This document shows, piece by piece, positions 35,494 through 45,470 of a stretch of 64,000 bases of DNA. Numbering within the stretch: the first letter of the stretch is position 1; every line of letters starts with the position of its first letter. Source of the DNA: Camelus dromedarius (taxonomy: Eukaryota); contig NC_087459.1 of the NCBI RefSeq assembly GCF_036321535.1, positions 22,196,001-22,260,000 of the forward strand, in the 5' to 3' direction. A program made the position numbers and the translations under genes. Under the pieces are notes generated by a model that did not search any database, was not told the origin of the DNA, and saw only the letters and a list, made by a program, of their open reading frames with translations.

Positions 35494-37660
35494 TTAAGCT
35501 AATCCTGCAAACAGAAGAGGTATGTTAGTTAGAAGAGCACTAGCTATATATTTTCAACAAAACGTAAGTCCTCCAAATTATGAAAGGAGGGATGAAGCCC
35601 AAAATTATTAGTTTCTTTCATAAGCTATTTAGGCATCCTGCAACCAACAAAACTTCAACTCTACACTTGCCACAACTGAGAAAAGACATACATGCTTCCA
35701 GGGGTGGAGTCCTGAAGCAGAAATATATTCACTTTGGTACTAGATGTAGCTTCATCAAAGACTTCAGATAAACTTGTCCATGTAATCTCCTAATTCCACA
35801 GTTCAACCACCTGAAAGGATTAACTTCTCCCCTATTTCCTACCTAAATGAAGGTGGGAAAATGAAAATAGGCGTTTTTAATAGGTGGTGAATTCTCAGGT
35901 TGATACGAGGAACTCACATAAAACAAGCTGACTGCCAACATTCCAGAGAGCCTAAAGCTCAAGGTCCCACTGAGGGATTTAATAAACCTGTCTCTCTCAG
36001 ATGAGGTGTCTAGAATGATAATGCTGTCAATCCTTATGCTCGTTCCAGGACCGTGGTGAAATCAAATGTAATTTTATAGTCATAGCACTAAGGCTATGAA
36101 TCATTCACATGCAATAACCATAGTAAGACTGCAGGAAAAAAAAATCTTGGTGCACACAGTAACCTATACTTGTTTCAGGAAGAATCAGATTCAGAACACA
36201 ACTGGCAAAAGCCTAAGATAATGAGTAGAAACCTCTACACTAGCTCCTTGTTAGAGGAGTTAATTACTTTTAGATTAATTTAAACAAAATCTCCTCTAAC
36301 TTGTCAGTTTAATTTATTAAACGCAGACCCCCTAAGTTTCACAGGGGCCAGGGGTACCATTCAGTGAATTACGCAGATACAAATTCAATCCTGGATTGAT
36401 TTATCACCTACCATTCGCCAGTCTGCACTGTTTCAGCACCTCACTGAAACCCTCACAAAGCTTAAGGTCACCCTGGTTCTGGGCACATTCCAAAAACTGT
36501 TTCATCTCATAGAAGCACGGACCAGACTGCTGCTGCGGTGTCAGCTGGGTTCCCTGAGGCTCCTGCAAAGGCATAACATTCAGGACTGGTAAGAAAGGAA
36601 ATCAGACTTTTCCCCAACAAAGAGCAAGAGCCACTGTCTTTGAAGTTACCTGGGGAAACAGAACTAGAACTAGATGCAAACTACAGCTGCCATCTAAGAA
36701 CATGGAACATGAAAAAATTTAAGACGTTGATCGCCTCACCCAAATCTGGGTGACACTTTCCTTTATCCAATTATGCAGGTTTTTTACAAGTAATTTGTAA
36801 CAGTTTTCATTTGTAATACAAGTATTCAATAGTAACAACATAAAAGTACATATGCAGATAAAAATTATTTTCTTTTGAATAAAATTATATAATACTATGT
36901 TACTTTCTTACAATGTTTGCTGAAACAATTTATATAAAGCTGTAGTGTTTTGAGACAACTAGGACAATATGTTTCTGTCTTTTTTACATTTTTCCTAACT
37001 TCTTGTCGTTCCAAAGTTTGACTGCTTTTCTGACAACAAAGGACGCACATTCTTCTGACTGTTTTGCCTCGAGGATTTTTTCTAATTTGTAAACTGTGAT
37101 CTATCGGTTCTACTAATTGGATCACATATCACTCTGCAGCTAAGAAGTATCAAAGTAACGCCACAGACTATTCTGTTACTCAAATTTATTCTGTGCAGAA
37201 TAATGACATTCCAAGAAGTAATAAAACTGTAAAAAGGTTGAAAATTGAAAATAAGAAATTGTTGTTTAAAAAAATCCCAATTATACTGGAAAAACAAACA
37301 GATTAATTATAAGCACTTATACTGTCAGTGCATCACACTGTGGTAAAGTGCGAATTTGGGCCCCACAGGAAATACACCCAATCCACAATGGGTGATCAAA
37401 GTGTTAAAGGCAGAAAGAGCTTTAGCAAAAATTCTACTTGTAATCAGAAAGATTCAAGAACAAAAATGCAAATACAGTGAAACGGTTATTTGGGCATCTA
37501 AAGACCAGTGGTTCAGTGAAGTTTCATGGAGGAAAAAATGGGACTAATAGAAAAATAGATGGATGAGCGTTTCAAGTACACCAGAAATAGAGTATACACC
37601 CATGCTCATTAGAGGAGAAAAATTACTGCCAAATGTGGCTTTGGGGGTGGGGGGTAGGTT

Positions 37661-37716
<56 letters not shown>

Positions 37717-39712
37717 TGTTTAAAAATGGAGATACTGGGGATTTAACCCAGGGCCTCATGCATGCTAAGCATGCACTCTACCACTGAGCTATAACCTCCC
37801 CACTCAAACATGGCTTTTGATAAACCATTCTCCACATGTGGATTCTAAAATTACAGTTCCTACACGTAAACAATTTGCAAATAACTAGGTTTTCTCATAA
37901 AATACACCACCGAAGGGAATGCTGCCCCAAATCTTACCTGGTAAGTGATGTCAGGCCTTGAAGGCTCAGCATTACTCCCTCCACTGAAGCCCCCAGTGAT
38001 GGCATGACCTAGAGTGTGGCCGACAGCAGAACCCACAGCCACGCCAGCTGCAGTGGTTGCCATCTGGGCCATTAGACCTGGCTGCCGGGGTGCAGCAGCA
38101 GGGGAGCCAACAGCAGATGGTGGAGCCACTGCTGGTGGCTGAGCTGCTGGCGCTGGCCTGGGTGCAGCTCTCATTGGAGGTGCCCGGCTACAAAAGAAAT
38201 GAGCAAAAAGTGTGAGTTCCCACTTCCAACCAGGTTTGGAGATTGCCAACCTAAAAAAAAAACCAATGAAACAAAAAACCCCTTGCATGTTAAAAATTAA
38301 CCTCAGAATTTTCATTTTAAATCATTAAACACATATTCCACATACATATAAGAAAACTTAACAGAACGCTACATACATATAAGAAAACTTAACAGAACGC
38401 TACATACATATAAGAAAACTTAACAGACCGCAATTCCTTGAACTATTTACATCATTTTCTTTTAACCTTCTGTTAAGGTTGTAATTACCAAATATAAACC
38501 CTTTTCCCCTGCTTTTTGCAACCATTTCCACGTATTCACATAGTCTATAGTATCTTTAAAGAACACAGTTATTTCAATACTTCATAAAAATTAAAATAAC
38601 TGTTAATGAGACAAAAACCTCTTGCTTTCATGAAGCTGACATTTTATTGAGGGATCAAATAAATGTTAAGGAAAAAAAAAACTGGTGGGTGGGAATAGTT
38701 CAGTGGTAGAGCACAGGCTTAGATGCACCAGGTCCTGGGATCAATTCCAAGCACCTCTATTTAAAAAAAAAACAAAAACACAAAAAACTTTCACATAGAT
38801 TAAACTCCCTCTGTCCATTTTTAGATTGCTTCCTTGGGTGCTCTTCCCCCAAATAAGGCTAGGTTCAAAAGTTCACCTCCTATCAGGTGGTATCTGGCAC
38901 AACTTTACAAAAATGTGGTTTCCCCTCCTTTGGCTAGCAGCATCTTTCCATAAGTGAATTCCTTCCCTACACGCCTAGCATACTGTTTGAACACAATTCA
39001 CCATAGTCCAGAGAAGCAACGTGGTTCTGTGCTAAACGTCCTGAGTCTGTAACCGGAAAACTCGGGTCTGAGACTGGTTTCCCTACTTACTGGTTGCATG
39101 ACCTTGGACAAGTCACTTATCACGAGTCTCCTGTTTCTCTATTTCTGTAAAGCACGAATAACATCTACCTCTGAGGTTATCACTGGCAATACATTTTACA
39201 AATATTTTATGAACCAGAAAACGTCATATATAGGTGAGGCCTTGGCGGTACTGGGCCGAGTCCTTGGAACGCTCACTGCTCATGGAAGGTGCTCAAAGAT
39301 TATTTACTGAATTGAAATGCGATGATTTTCCCGATTATACCACCTTTATTTTTTTTTTCTATTTTTGACGTTTCAGCCGGATTAGTTACAAATATTCACT
39401 CTTTCTAGCACTGGCCTGTTTTTACTTAAAATGAGCTGTAAAATATTTTAGTAATTCATGGACATTCGAAATTAGAACGTTTTGCCACCAACAGGAAAAC
39501 TAGCCAAACCCCTACAACCAGCTTGAGGCGGCCAGAGGCGGGCCCACGCCGCCCCGGCCTTCGGACTCCCCCACCCGCCGACAACCGGCCGCGCCGTGGC
39601 CCAACGCGGCCTCCCTCTGTGTCACGGCGCCGGCAGGGCCCCAAGGCCCGCGGTGGCCTCACCTGGCCGGAGGGGCCACACGGGAAGTGCGACTTCTGCT
39701 TCCACGAGGCAT
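35494..39712 (-). CDS. CHCHD2: Coiled-coil-helix-coiled-coil-helix domain protein 2 (CHCHD2/MNRR1), 4 coding exons, 153 aa
   Basis: Minus-strand exons 39712-39663, 38187-37938, 36562-36412, 35504-35494; total 462 nt. [46 protein letters not shown]..; twin CX9C motif [22 protein letters not shown]; ends RLANGLA*. Confidence 0.98.
36723..37403 (-). mobile_element. Internally deleted piggyBac DNA transposon (681 bp) in CHCHD2 intron 2
   Basis: TTAA at 36719-36722 and 37404-37407. 13-bp TIRs gacgttgatcgcc (36723-36735) and cactttgatcacc (reverse complement of 37391-37403), 10/13 identical. Subterminal palindromes at both ends. Frame 37125-36895 encodes [27 protein letters not shown], a piggyBac transposase Cys-rich C-terminus. 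Confidence 0.85.
37643..37801 (-). mobile_element. tRNA-Ala-derived SINE with expanded (TTTA)n tail
   Basis: gatactggggatttaacccagggcctcatgcatgctaagcatgcactctaccactgagctataacctcccc; about 14 TTTA units at 37659-37715. Confidence 0.9.
38340..38431. repeat. 31-bp tandem repeat, 3 copies (CHCHD2 intron 1)
   Basis: acatacatataagaaaacttaacagaacgct at 38340-38370 and 38371-38401 (identical) and 38402-38431 (near-identical). Confidence 0.95.
38687..38787 (+). mobile_element. tRNA-Ala-derived SINE (diverged)
   Basis: gggtgggaatagttcagtggtagagcacaggcttagatgcaccaggtcctgggatcaattccaagcacctcta plus A tail. Confidence 0.85.
39060..39310 (+). mobile_element. MIR SINE
   Basis: ctacttactggttgcatgaccttggacaagtcactta..gtgctcaaagattatttactgaattgaaatg. 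Confidence 0.7.
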
Positions 39713-40090
39713 CGCAACTGCGCGGCGAATACGCGAGAAGAGCGAGATTCGGAGAAGATGCTGGCGTTTTCTGCAAGGAATAAGAGCGGAAGTTGGGAGG
39801 CGGGGCTGACCTCACCGTGCAGCCAATCAGCGCACAGGCAGAGGCCTTCCGTGCGCCTACGTCTCCGACGGACTGAAGGTCACTGGAAGAGCAAGACGTC
39901 ACGGCGGCGCCTTGTCGTACGCGTTTGACGTCAGGAGCTCGGTTCCAGGGCTATTTATGAAGCCGGAAGTGACCGTGTATGTCCCGCAAACATTGTCCTC
40001 GGATCATGGTACGAGTCAGAGCCGCTAGCTGTTTGCTTCCTAGGGCATAAGGACCGTCGCTGCTACCTTCAAACGTTTGCGTTATTAACA
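39480..40090. promoter_or_regulatory. CpG island / CHCHD2 promoter
   Basis: CpG-dense; CCAAT 39823-39827, CRE palindrome TGACGTCA 39926-39933, ETS/GABP-type CGGAAGT at 39787-39793 and CCGGAAGT at 39963-39970. Confidence 0.8.
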
Positions 40091-41922
40091 TGGTAGGTCA
40101 GCTCCAACTTTGAGAGGGAGTCAGACCTCTGGCATAAATGCCGCTGGACCTTGGGCAAGTTGCTTAACCTTCCTCACTATTAACTTACTTATTTGGGTAA
40201 ATATTTTTTGAGGTCCAGTGTGGGCCCGTAATAAGAACTGAAATGAAGAAAACAGAAAACTTTAGGGATCGACCGAGTTGAGTTGGTTCTACTTGTATTT
40301 TGTCTGTGGATCCAGAGGTTATATTCAGACAGTAATAACGCCTTACGTTTATTTATTTCATACATTTTCAAGCCCCTTTCACATATATTCTAGAATTTGT
40401 GCCCCTACTTGGGATGGTGTTAACGAATACTGATAAATAAGCTGTTCTGTATGATCTACAGGTGCTAGCTAGTTTCTGGAGATAGAGCAGGAAATGAAAC
40501 AAGACTACCTCGTGAAGTTTAAATTCAGGGAGGGGAGACACAAAACACCTACGTAAATTAGGTGGTCTTGATATGAAGCAAAAGCAGGGTAAGGGAGATT
40601 GGGAGTTAGAGGTTGGAGAAGCAGTATTTGAACGGAGTCCTTGAGGAAGCAAGCCTCATGTTTATTGAGGCAGAGAGAACAGCAATTGCTGAGGCCCCAA
40701 GGATCTGTGCTTTCGTGATACTTGGTGTGAAATGCTTTTAACAGTACTTGTACAATAGCACAAGTTAACTAGTGGCATTTCATGAGAATTTTAATGGGAA
40801 AGTCCTTGGGGTTAGGTTGGGATTTAATGGAGGAGAGAAAGCAAAGGTAGAACCTCCATTTCTGCTTGGCAGAAATGTCCCCCTTCCGCCAGAGGTAGCA
40901 GAGTTTAACACAGCCTTTCCAGCAACAGCAAAATGTTTGTGGAACTGAAGGGTAAATAATGCAAAAACCTTTTGTGAAAAACAAAGTTTTATTTTCACAA
41001 AACTTCTTAAAGCTTTACAAATGATAAGCCTTTGTATTTGCCTTTGGATAATTCATAAAAAGGGACAGAGAAAGGAACCTTATTATAAAGGACATTCTGG
41101 CACAAGAAGAACTTAGAATGAGCAGAGCTTTGCACAAACAGGCATCTAGACCAGAACAAAGACAATTTTAATCATACTTGGATAAATCATTAATTCCTAA
41201 ATTGAGGAGAGAATAATAGATGTTTGTACAAGGTTATGTTGTGATAGTAAAAGATTACAAACATTAATTCCTGTCAGTAAAATACATTTTTTTAAATGGC
41301 ACATTCACACAATATGCAGCTATAAAAAGGAAAGATTCTTTTCTGTGTGTTGATATGAAATGGTTTCCAAGATAAACTGGAATAGCAAGGAGCTGAAGTA
41401 TAGAGTGCTATTATTTGTGTGAAATGGAGAGAAAAGACTACATTGGACACGCATAATGTATCTTTATCTGATAACATGGAGTGCCTTCAGGCAGTAGGAC
41501 TGGGTGACTGTGGCATAGGGGTGGGACTTTGATAACATTTTGTTTTTAAATTTTTAAACAGTTAATATAGTACCTCTATTCAAAAAGCAAGAACATGTAA
41601 AAAGTTAATTAAAACTAATAGCAAAAAAGTTGGGAATTGAAAAGAAGATTCTGCTACATAGCAATTGTAGTTTGGTGGCATAGGTGTGCTTAAGTTCACA
41701 CTTAAGTAAAATTTATATAACAACTTCTCATGCCACAGTGATTTCAGTCATTCTCTACAAATTCCATAACGGTGATCAAAATTTGAACAAAGAACTGTTG
41801 GAGGCATTGTTACAGATATTTGATACAGACATTTGGGTGAATGGACTCTTGATGATTGCAGTAAAAATTCTACTGAAATTAGGTGGTAGATGTGAGAAGT
41901 TTTAAAATTGTGCAAACTCTGT

Positions 41923-42003
41923 TCGAGAAGTTCCATGTCTAAGAATTTAAGAAAGACATGAATCGAGAAGTTCCACGTCTTAAGAATTTAAGAAAGACAT
42001 GAA
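41923..42003. repeat. 40/41-bp tandem duplication
   Basis: tcgagaagttccatgtctaagaatttaagaaagacatgaa (41923-41962) followed by tcgagaagttccacgtcttaagaatttaagaaagacatgaa (41963-42003). Confidence 0.95.
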
Positions 42004-43309
42004 GGTGGAGAGAGATTAGCCATAAGGATGTTGATTTAACAAAATGCACAAAATAGGGAAAACCTGAAATAATCAGTGTCCTGCAATATAGAATTAGTTA
42101 AATAAGTTATAATACGTACATATGGTGGAATGCTTTGCAGCCATGTAAAATGTTATGAAAGAATATCTGACATGAGAAGTACCTTCACAGAATATTAAGT
42201 GAAAGAGCAGGTTATGAAATAGTGTACATAGTATGTTTATATTTGAGAAAATTCATATATATTTTAAAGACTGAAATTATATACATCCAAGTATCCAAGA
42301 TATTATCCATTGGATAGTGATTTCTTCCTTGCTTCCTTGTTTTTTTGTATGTATTCTCCAATTTGTCTACAATGAACACACAATAATTAAACCTACCATG
42401 GTCGTTTAAAATATGTCCTCAGATCTCTTGACACTCCATTCAAAAAGTGAAGCCTAAATCCTCTCCAGCCTAATCAGAGACTCTGAGTTGTAACCACCTA
42501 GTCAAGCCACTCCCAGTTTCTTAATTTTTACACAGCACATAATTCCTACAGTGACCATATTTAAATTTTAAAAGCTCTAATCTAGTTAGAACCCTTTACA
42601 GTGTTGCTTTAAAATAGCTTGTGTCTCTCTGGGTATGCTGTACTTTATAGGAGGAATTGTGTAGGAACTGAGATGTTTAAGACATTAACGTCCATATACC
42701 ATATACTATGTTTTCTTTTCTTTTTCTTTTCCTTTTTTTTTTTTTTTTGATAACTAAGATGAATATAGTGCCTTGCACATAGCAGACCAAAAAAGGGGGT
42801 GAATTTAACTGTTCATCTAAAGGTACAAAATACCATATAAACAAGTAGTTAAGTGGTGTTTATATGAAGTTCTAAAGGATTTTAAAGGAATGAACATTCA
42901 ATGTGGGATGAAGGCTTCAGGGAGAAAGTGGCACTTAAATATAAGTGGAATTAGTTTCATAAAAATTAAAATTATAAAGGGCACACTAAGTAGGCCAGCA
43001 CAGATTCAAATGAAGAAGCAGAACTGAATATGGTGACGACAGAGGATATTAGACCTGTGTCAAGAACCAGAATGTGTTTTTGGAAGTTATGGGAAACAAA
43101 TTTAAGAAAATCCAATAGGTGATTTTCAGCACAATATGAGGAATCTAAGCTTTTTAATCCTACAAGGTTAGAGCAGTCATTGAGGATTTTTATATGATGA
43201 AAATGGTCTTCAGGAAGATTAATCTGGGCATGTCTGAGACACAGCAGACTAGGAGTAAAGAAAAAAATCCTGAAGGCTAAGACAGTGGCAAGGGGGACAT
43301 TATTACTAA

Positions 43310-43830
43310 TTATTTGAGTATTATCTGCCAGAACTAAGAGCTTTACATGCATTATTTCATTTATGCTTCACAAGAACTCTTGAAGTAGGTACTATATCAT
43401 CATTATTTTATAGGTAAGGAAACAGATGCTTAGAGTTTAAGTAACTTGCACAAGTCCATGTAGGAGTTTAACTCCAAAACCGGGACTCCTACCATACCAC
43501 ACTGCCTGAATGTTAAGAGACATTTAAAAAGAATTAATGAAGTGAGTGAAAGAATTTAAGACTTGTGACTTGAGAGGAAGGAGAGCTGGGATTGTGTTCT
43601 GTAAACTTAAAAGTAATTACCATTTATTGAGCACTGATCATGTGCCAAGACCTTAACTGTCAGAGGTTTATATATTTTATCTATAATCCACTTTGGCAAG
43701 GTCATCCAGTATTATTCCCATTTTTTTACAAATGAGAAACCTGAAGCTTGGTGGAACTTCAAAGTAGTTACCACTCAGAAGTTTGCTGAATGCCAGACTG
43801 ATAAACAGAGCTAGGATTAAAATTCAGGTT
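43310..43830 (-). mobile_element. Two adjacent MIR SINEs
   Basis: gctttacatgcattatttcattta..taaggaaacagatgcttagagtttaagtaacttgcacaag (about 43310-43500) and catttattgagcactgatcatgtgccaag..acaaatgagaaacctgaagc (about 43615-43830). Confidence 0.7.
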
Positions 43831-44942
43831 GCTCCTTCCAGGACACTGCCCTTCTCTCCTAACCACGGGCTCACCACTGGGCACAGAGGCCTGACTGCAG
43901 ACTGAAGACAAAGAAAAGGGACCCTGCTGTACTCTGCATACTTTAAAAACTGTATCTCTAGTCCTCGGGCATGGAGTTTGTGGGTGGTTGTGAACCACAA
44001 GGATGTTCACAGTTGGGGGAAACTTTGATGCGGGAAAGAGTAAATGCTTTTAGGTATGCTTGCTCTAACTAGCTGAGTGACTTTTAGAAAGTTACTTGAA
44101 TTCTCTGTGCCTCAGAATCCCCTCTGTAAAATGTAGATAGCATTCATTTCAAAGGATTGTTGTGGGGTCAGTAGTGCACAAAGCCTGGTAATTGTTTAAT
44201 ATGTATTATTACAATTTAAAATACTCCTGGCAAGCAAATAGTAAAGCTGCACAGGAGTATGACACTTGGGTTGAAAACTGGTTCAGATTCCTATCTTTGT
44301 TCTGTCCCTATTCACCTTTGTGACTTTATACACAAGAACTCGAATATTTATGGAATTGAAATGAGTTACCGCAGCAACTGAAAGAAAAAAAAAAAAAACC
44401 CAGAGTTAAAATGCCATTCTTGCTGCTCTCTTTTAATTAAAAACCCTAAAAAGGCTTACCCACTTGGATGTTACTTAATTAACAATCAGTAAGGAAAAGA
44501 TACTGAAGAAGTAAACTTAAGCGATGTTGAAAAGAAGTTCTGTTGAGCAACATGGACTCTCTGCCCCTTAGGACCACAGTTACAGCTGGAGTCAGAAAAT
44601 ACTTTTTATCAAGTCCTTCGGGTATCCTGTAGAAAATCAGACAAAAAAATCTATTATTCTCTTTAGTGCGTGCATAAACACTGGAAGCAAATCTCTCACT
44701 TGTATTTTTAAAGAGGTGTTTTCTGCGTTTCCTGGCCCCTTTTACCCAATTACAAAATTCCCAAAGGTGGAGTTTTACACCATTCAAACTGAAGCCAGGA
44801 GATAAGCTGGGGGTTTTGGAGGCCCAGATCTGACTCGCTAGGCGGGGCAGCCTCAGAAGGGGGCGACTGTGCCCGGGTCGAGTCGCAGGGGGCAGTCGAG
44901 TCCCTTGGGTCCTGGCCGGTGGCTGCCCGCACGCACCGGCGC

Positions 44943-45239
44943 TCAGGCGAGACGGGTGCGCGGCCGAGGCTGCAGCTGGCGCTGGCGACGCTTCCGCTGG
45001 CCATTGAGGAGCTTCTGTGCGATCTTGCGCTCGTGGCCGCCGCGCACCGGCCAGTTGGTGCGCAGTTCCCGCTCACGCCGGGTCCGGCCCTTGCTGCGCC
45101 CGGCACCGCAGGCCGGGAAGTCACGCAGGTAGTAGTAATCTGGACAGTCATAGAGCTCCTCCTCCAAGCCCACCGGCGGCCACGCCTCGGGTGGAGACGG
45201 CCGGGCCTGAGCCTGGACGCTGGGAATGGCCGGCTCCAT
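44943..45239 (-). CDS. NUPR2: Nuclear protein 2 (NUPR2/NUPR1L, p8 family), single coding exon, 98 aa
   Basis: EEELYDCPDYYYLRDFPACGAGRSKGRTRRERELRTNWPVRGGHERKIAQKLLNGQRKRRQRQLQPR is the p8/NUPR signature; expected syntenic position after CHCHD2. Confidence 0.95.
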   Translation of the reverse strand: MEPAIPSVQAQARPSPPEAWPPVGLEEELYDCPDYYYLRDFPACGAGRSKGRTRRERELRTNWPVRGGHERKIAQKLLNGQRKRRQRQLQPRPRTRLA

Positions 45240-45470
45240 CGCTCTGGACCCCGTGGGCGCCCGCCCACCCGCGCGCGCGCTCTTCTGGAGGACCCCGCCC
45301 TGCCCTTCGATTGGCTCCGAGTGAGGGGGCGGGGCCTTGGCCTGACGTCACAGAGCAGAGCCAGTGCCCTGCACGGGGCTTCTGGGCTTCGCGCACGGGA
45401 ACAGTGATCTCTTCCCCCGCCCGGACCTGTGCGCTGCCGGCGCGAGTAGGGTATTTGGCAAAATCGGTCC
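45240..45470 (-). promoter_or_regulatory. NUPR2 proximal promoter (CpG island)
   Basis: CCAAT (attgg 45310-45314), GC box 45326-45334 and CRE TGACGTCA 45343-45350 within about 110 nt of the ATG. Confidence 0.7.

Noticed and set aside
37178-37226. Peptide [11 protein letters not shown] in the piggyBac resembles CHCHD2 exon 3 QFLECAQN
   Set aside because: Only about 11 identical nucleotides with a 9-nt gap and no flanking similarity; treated as coincidence, not exon duplication.
36895-37300. In-frame CHCHD2-transposase CRD fusion protein
   Set aside because: None of the AG acceptors in the element puts the phase-0 exon 2 donor or the phase-2 exon 1 donor into the CRD frame upstream of the zinc motif without a stop. 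A TGA sits at 37131-37129, just before the open frame.
37860-38315. 151-aa ORF as a separate CHCHD2-like gene
   Set aside because: It is CHCHD2 exon 2 read through flanking intron sequence; the match to the human protein length is coincidental.
38340-38431. CRISPR-like array
   Set aside because: The repeats are directly adjacent with no unique spacers, and the context is a mammalian intron.
40970-41002. 11-bp perfect AT-rich hairpin ttttgtgaaaa / ttttcacaaaa
   Set aside because: Low-complexity arms in AT-rich intergenic DNA with no supporting context.
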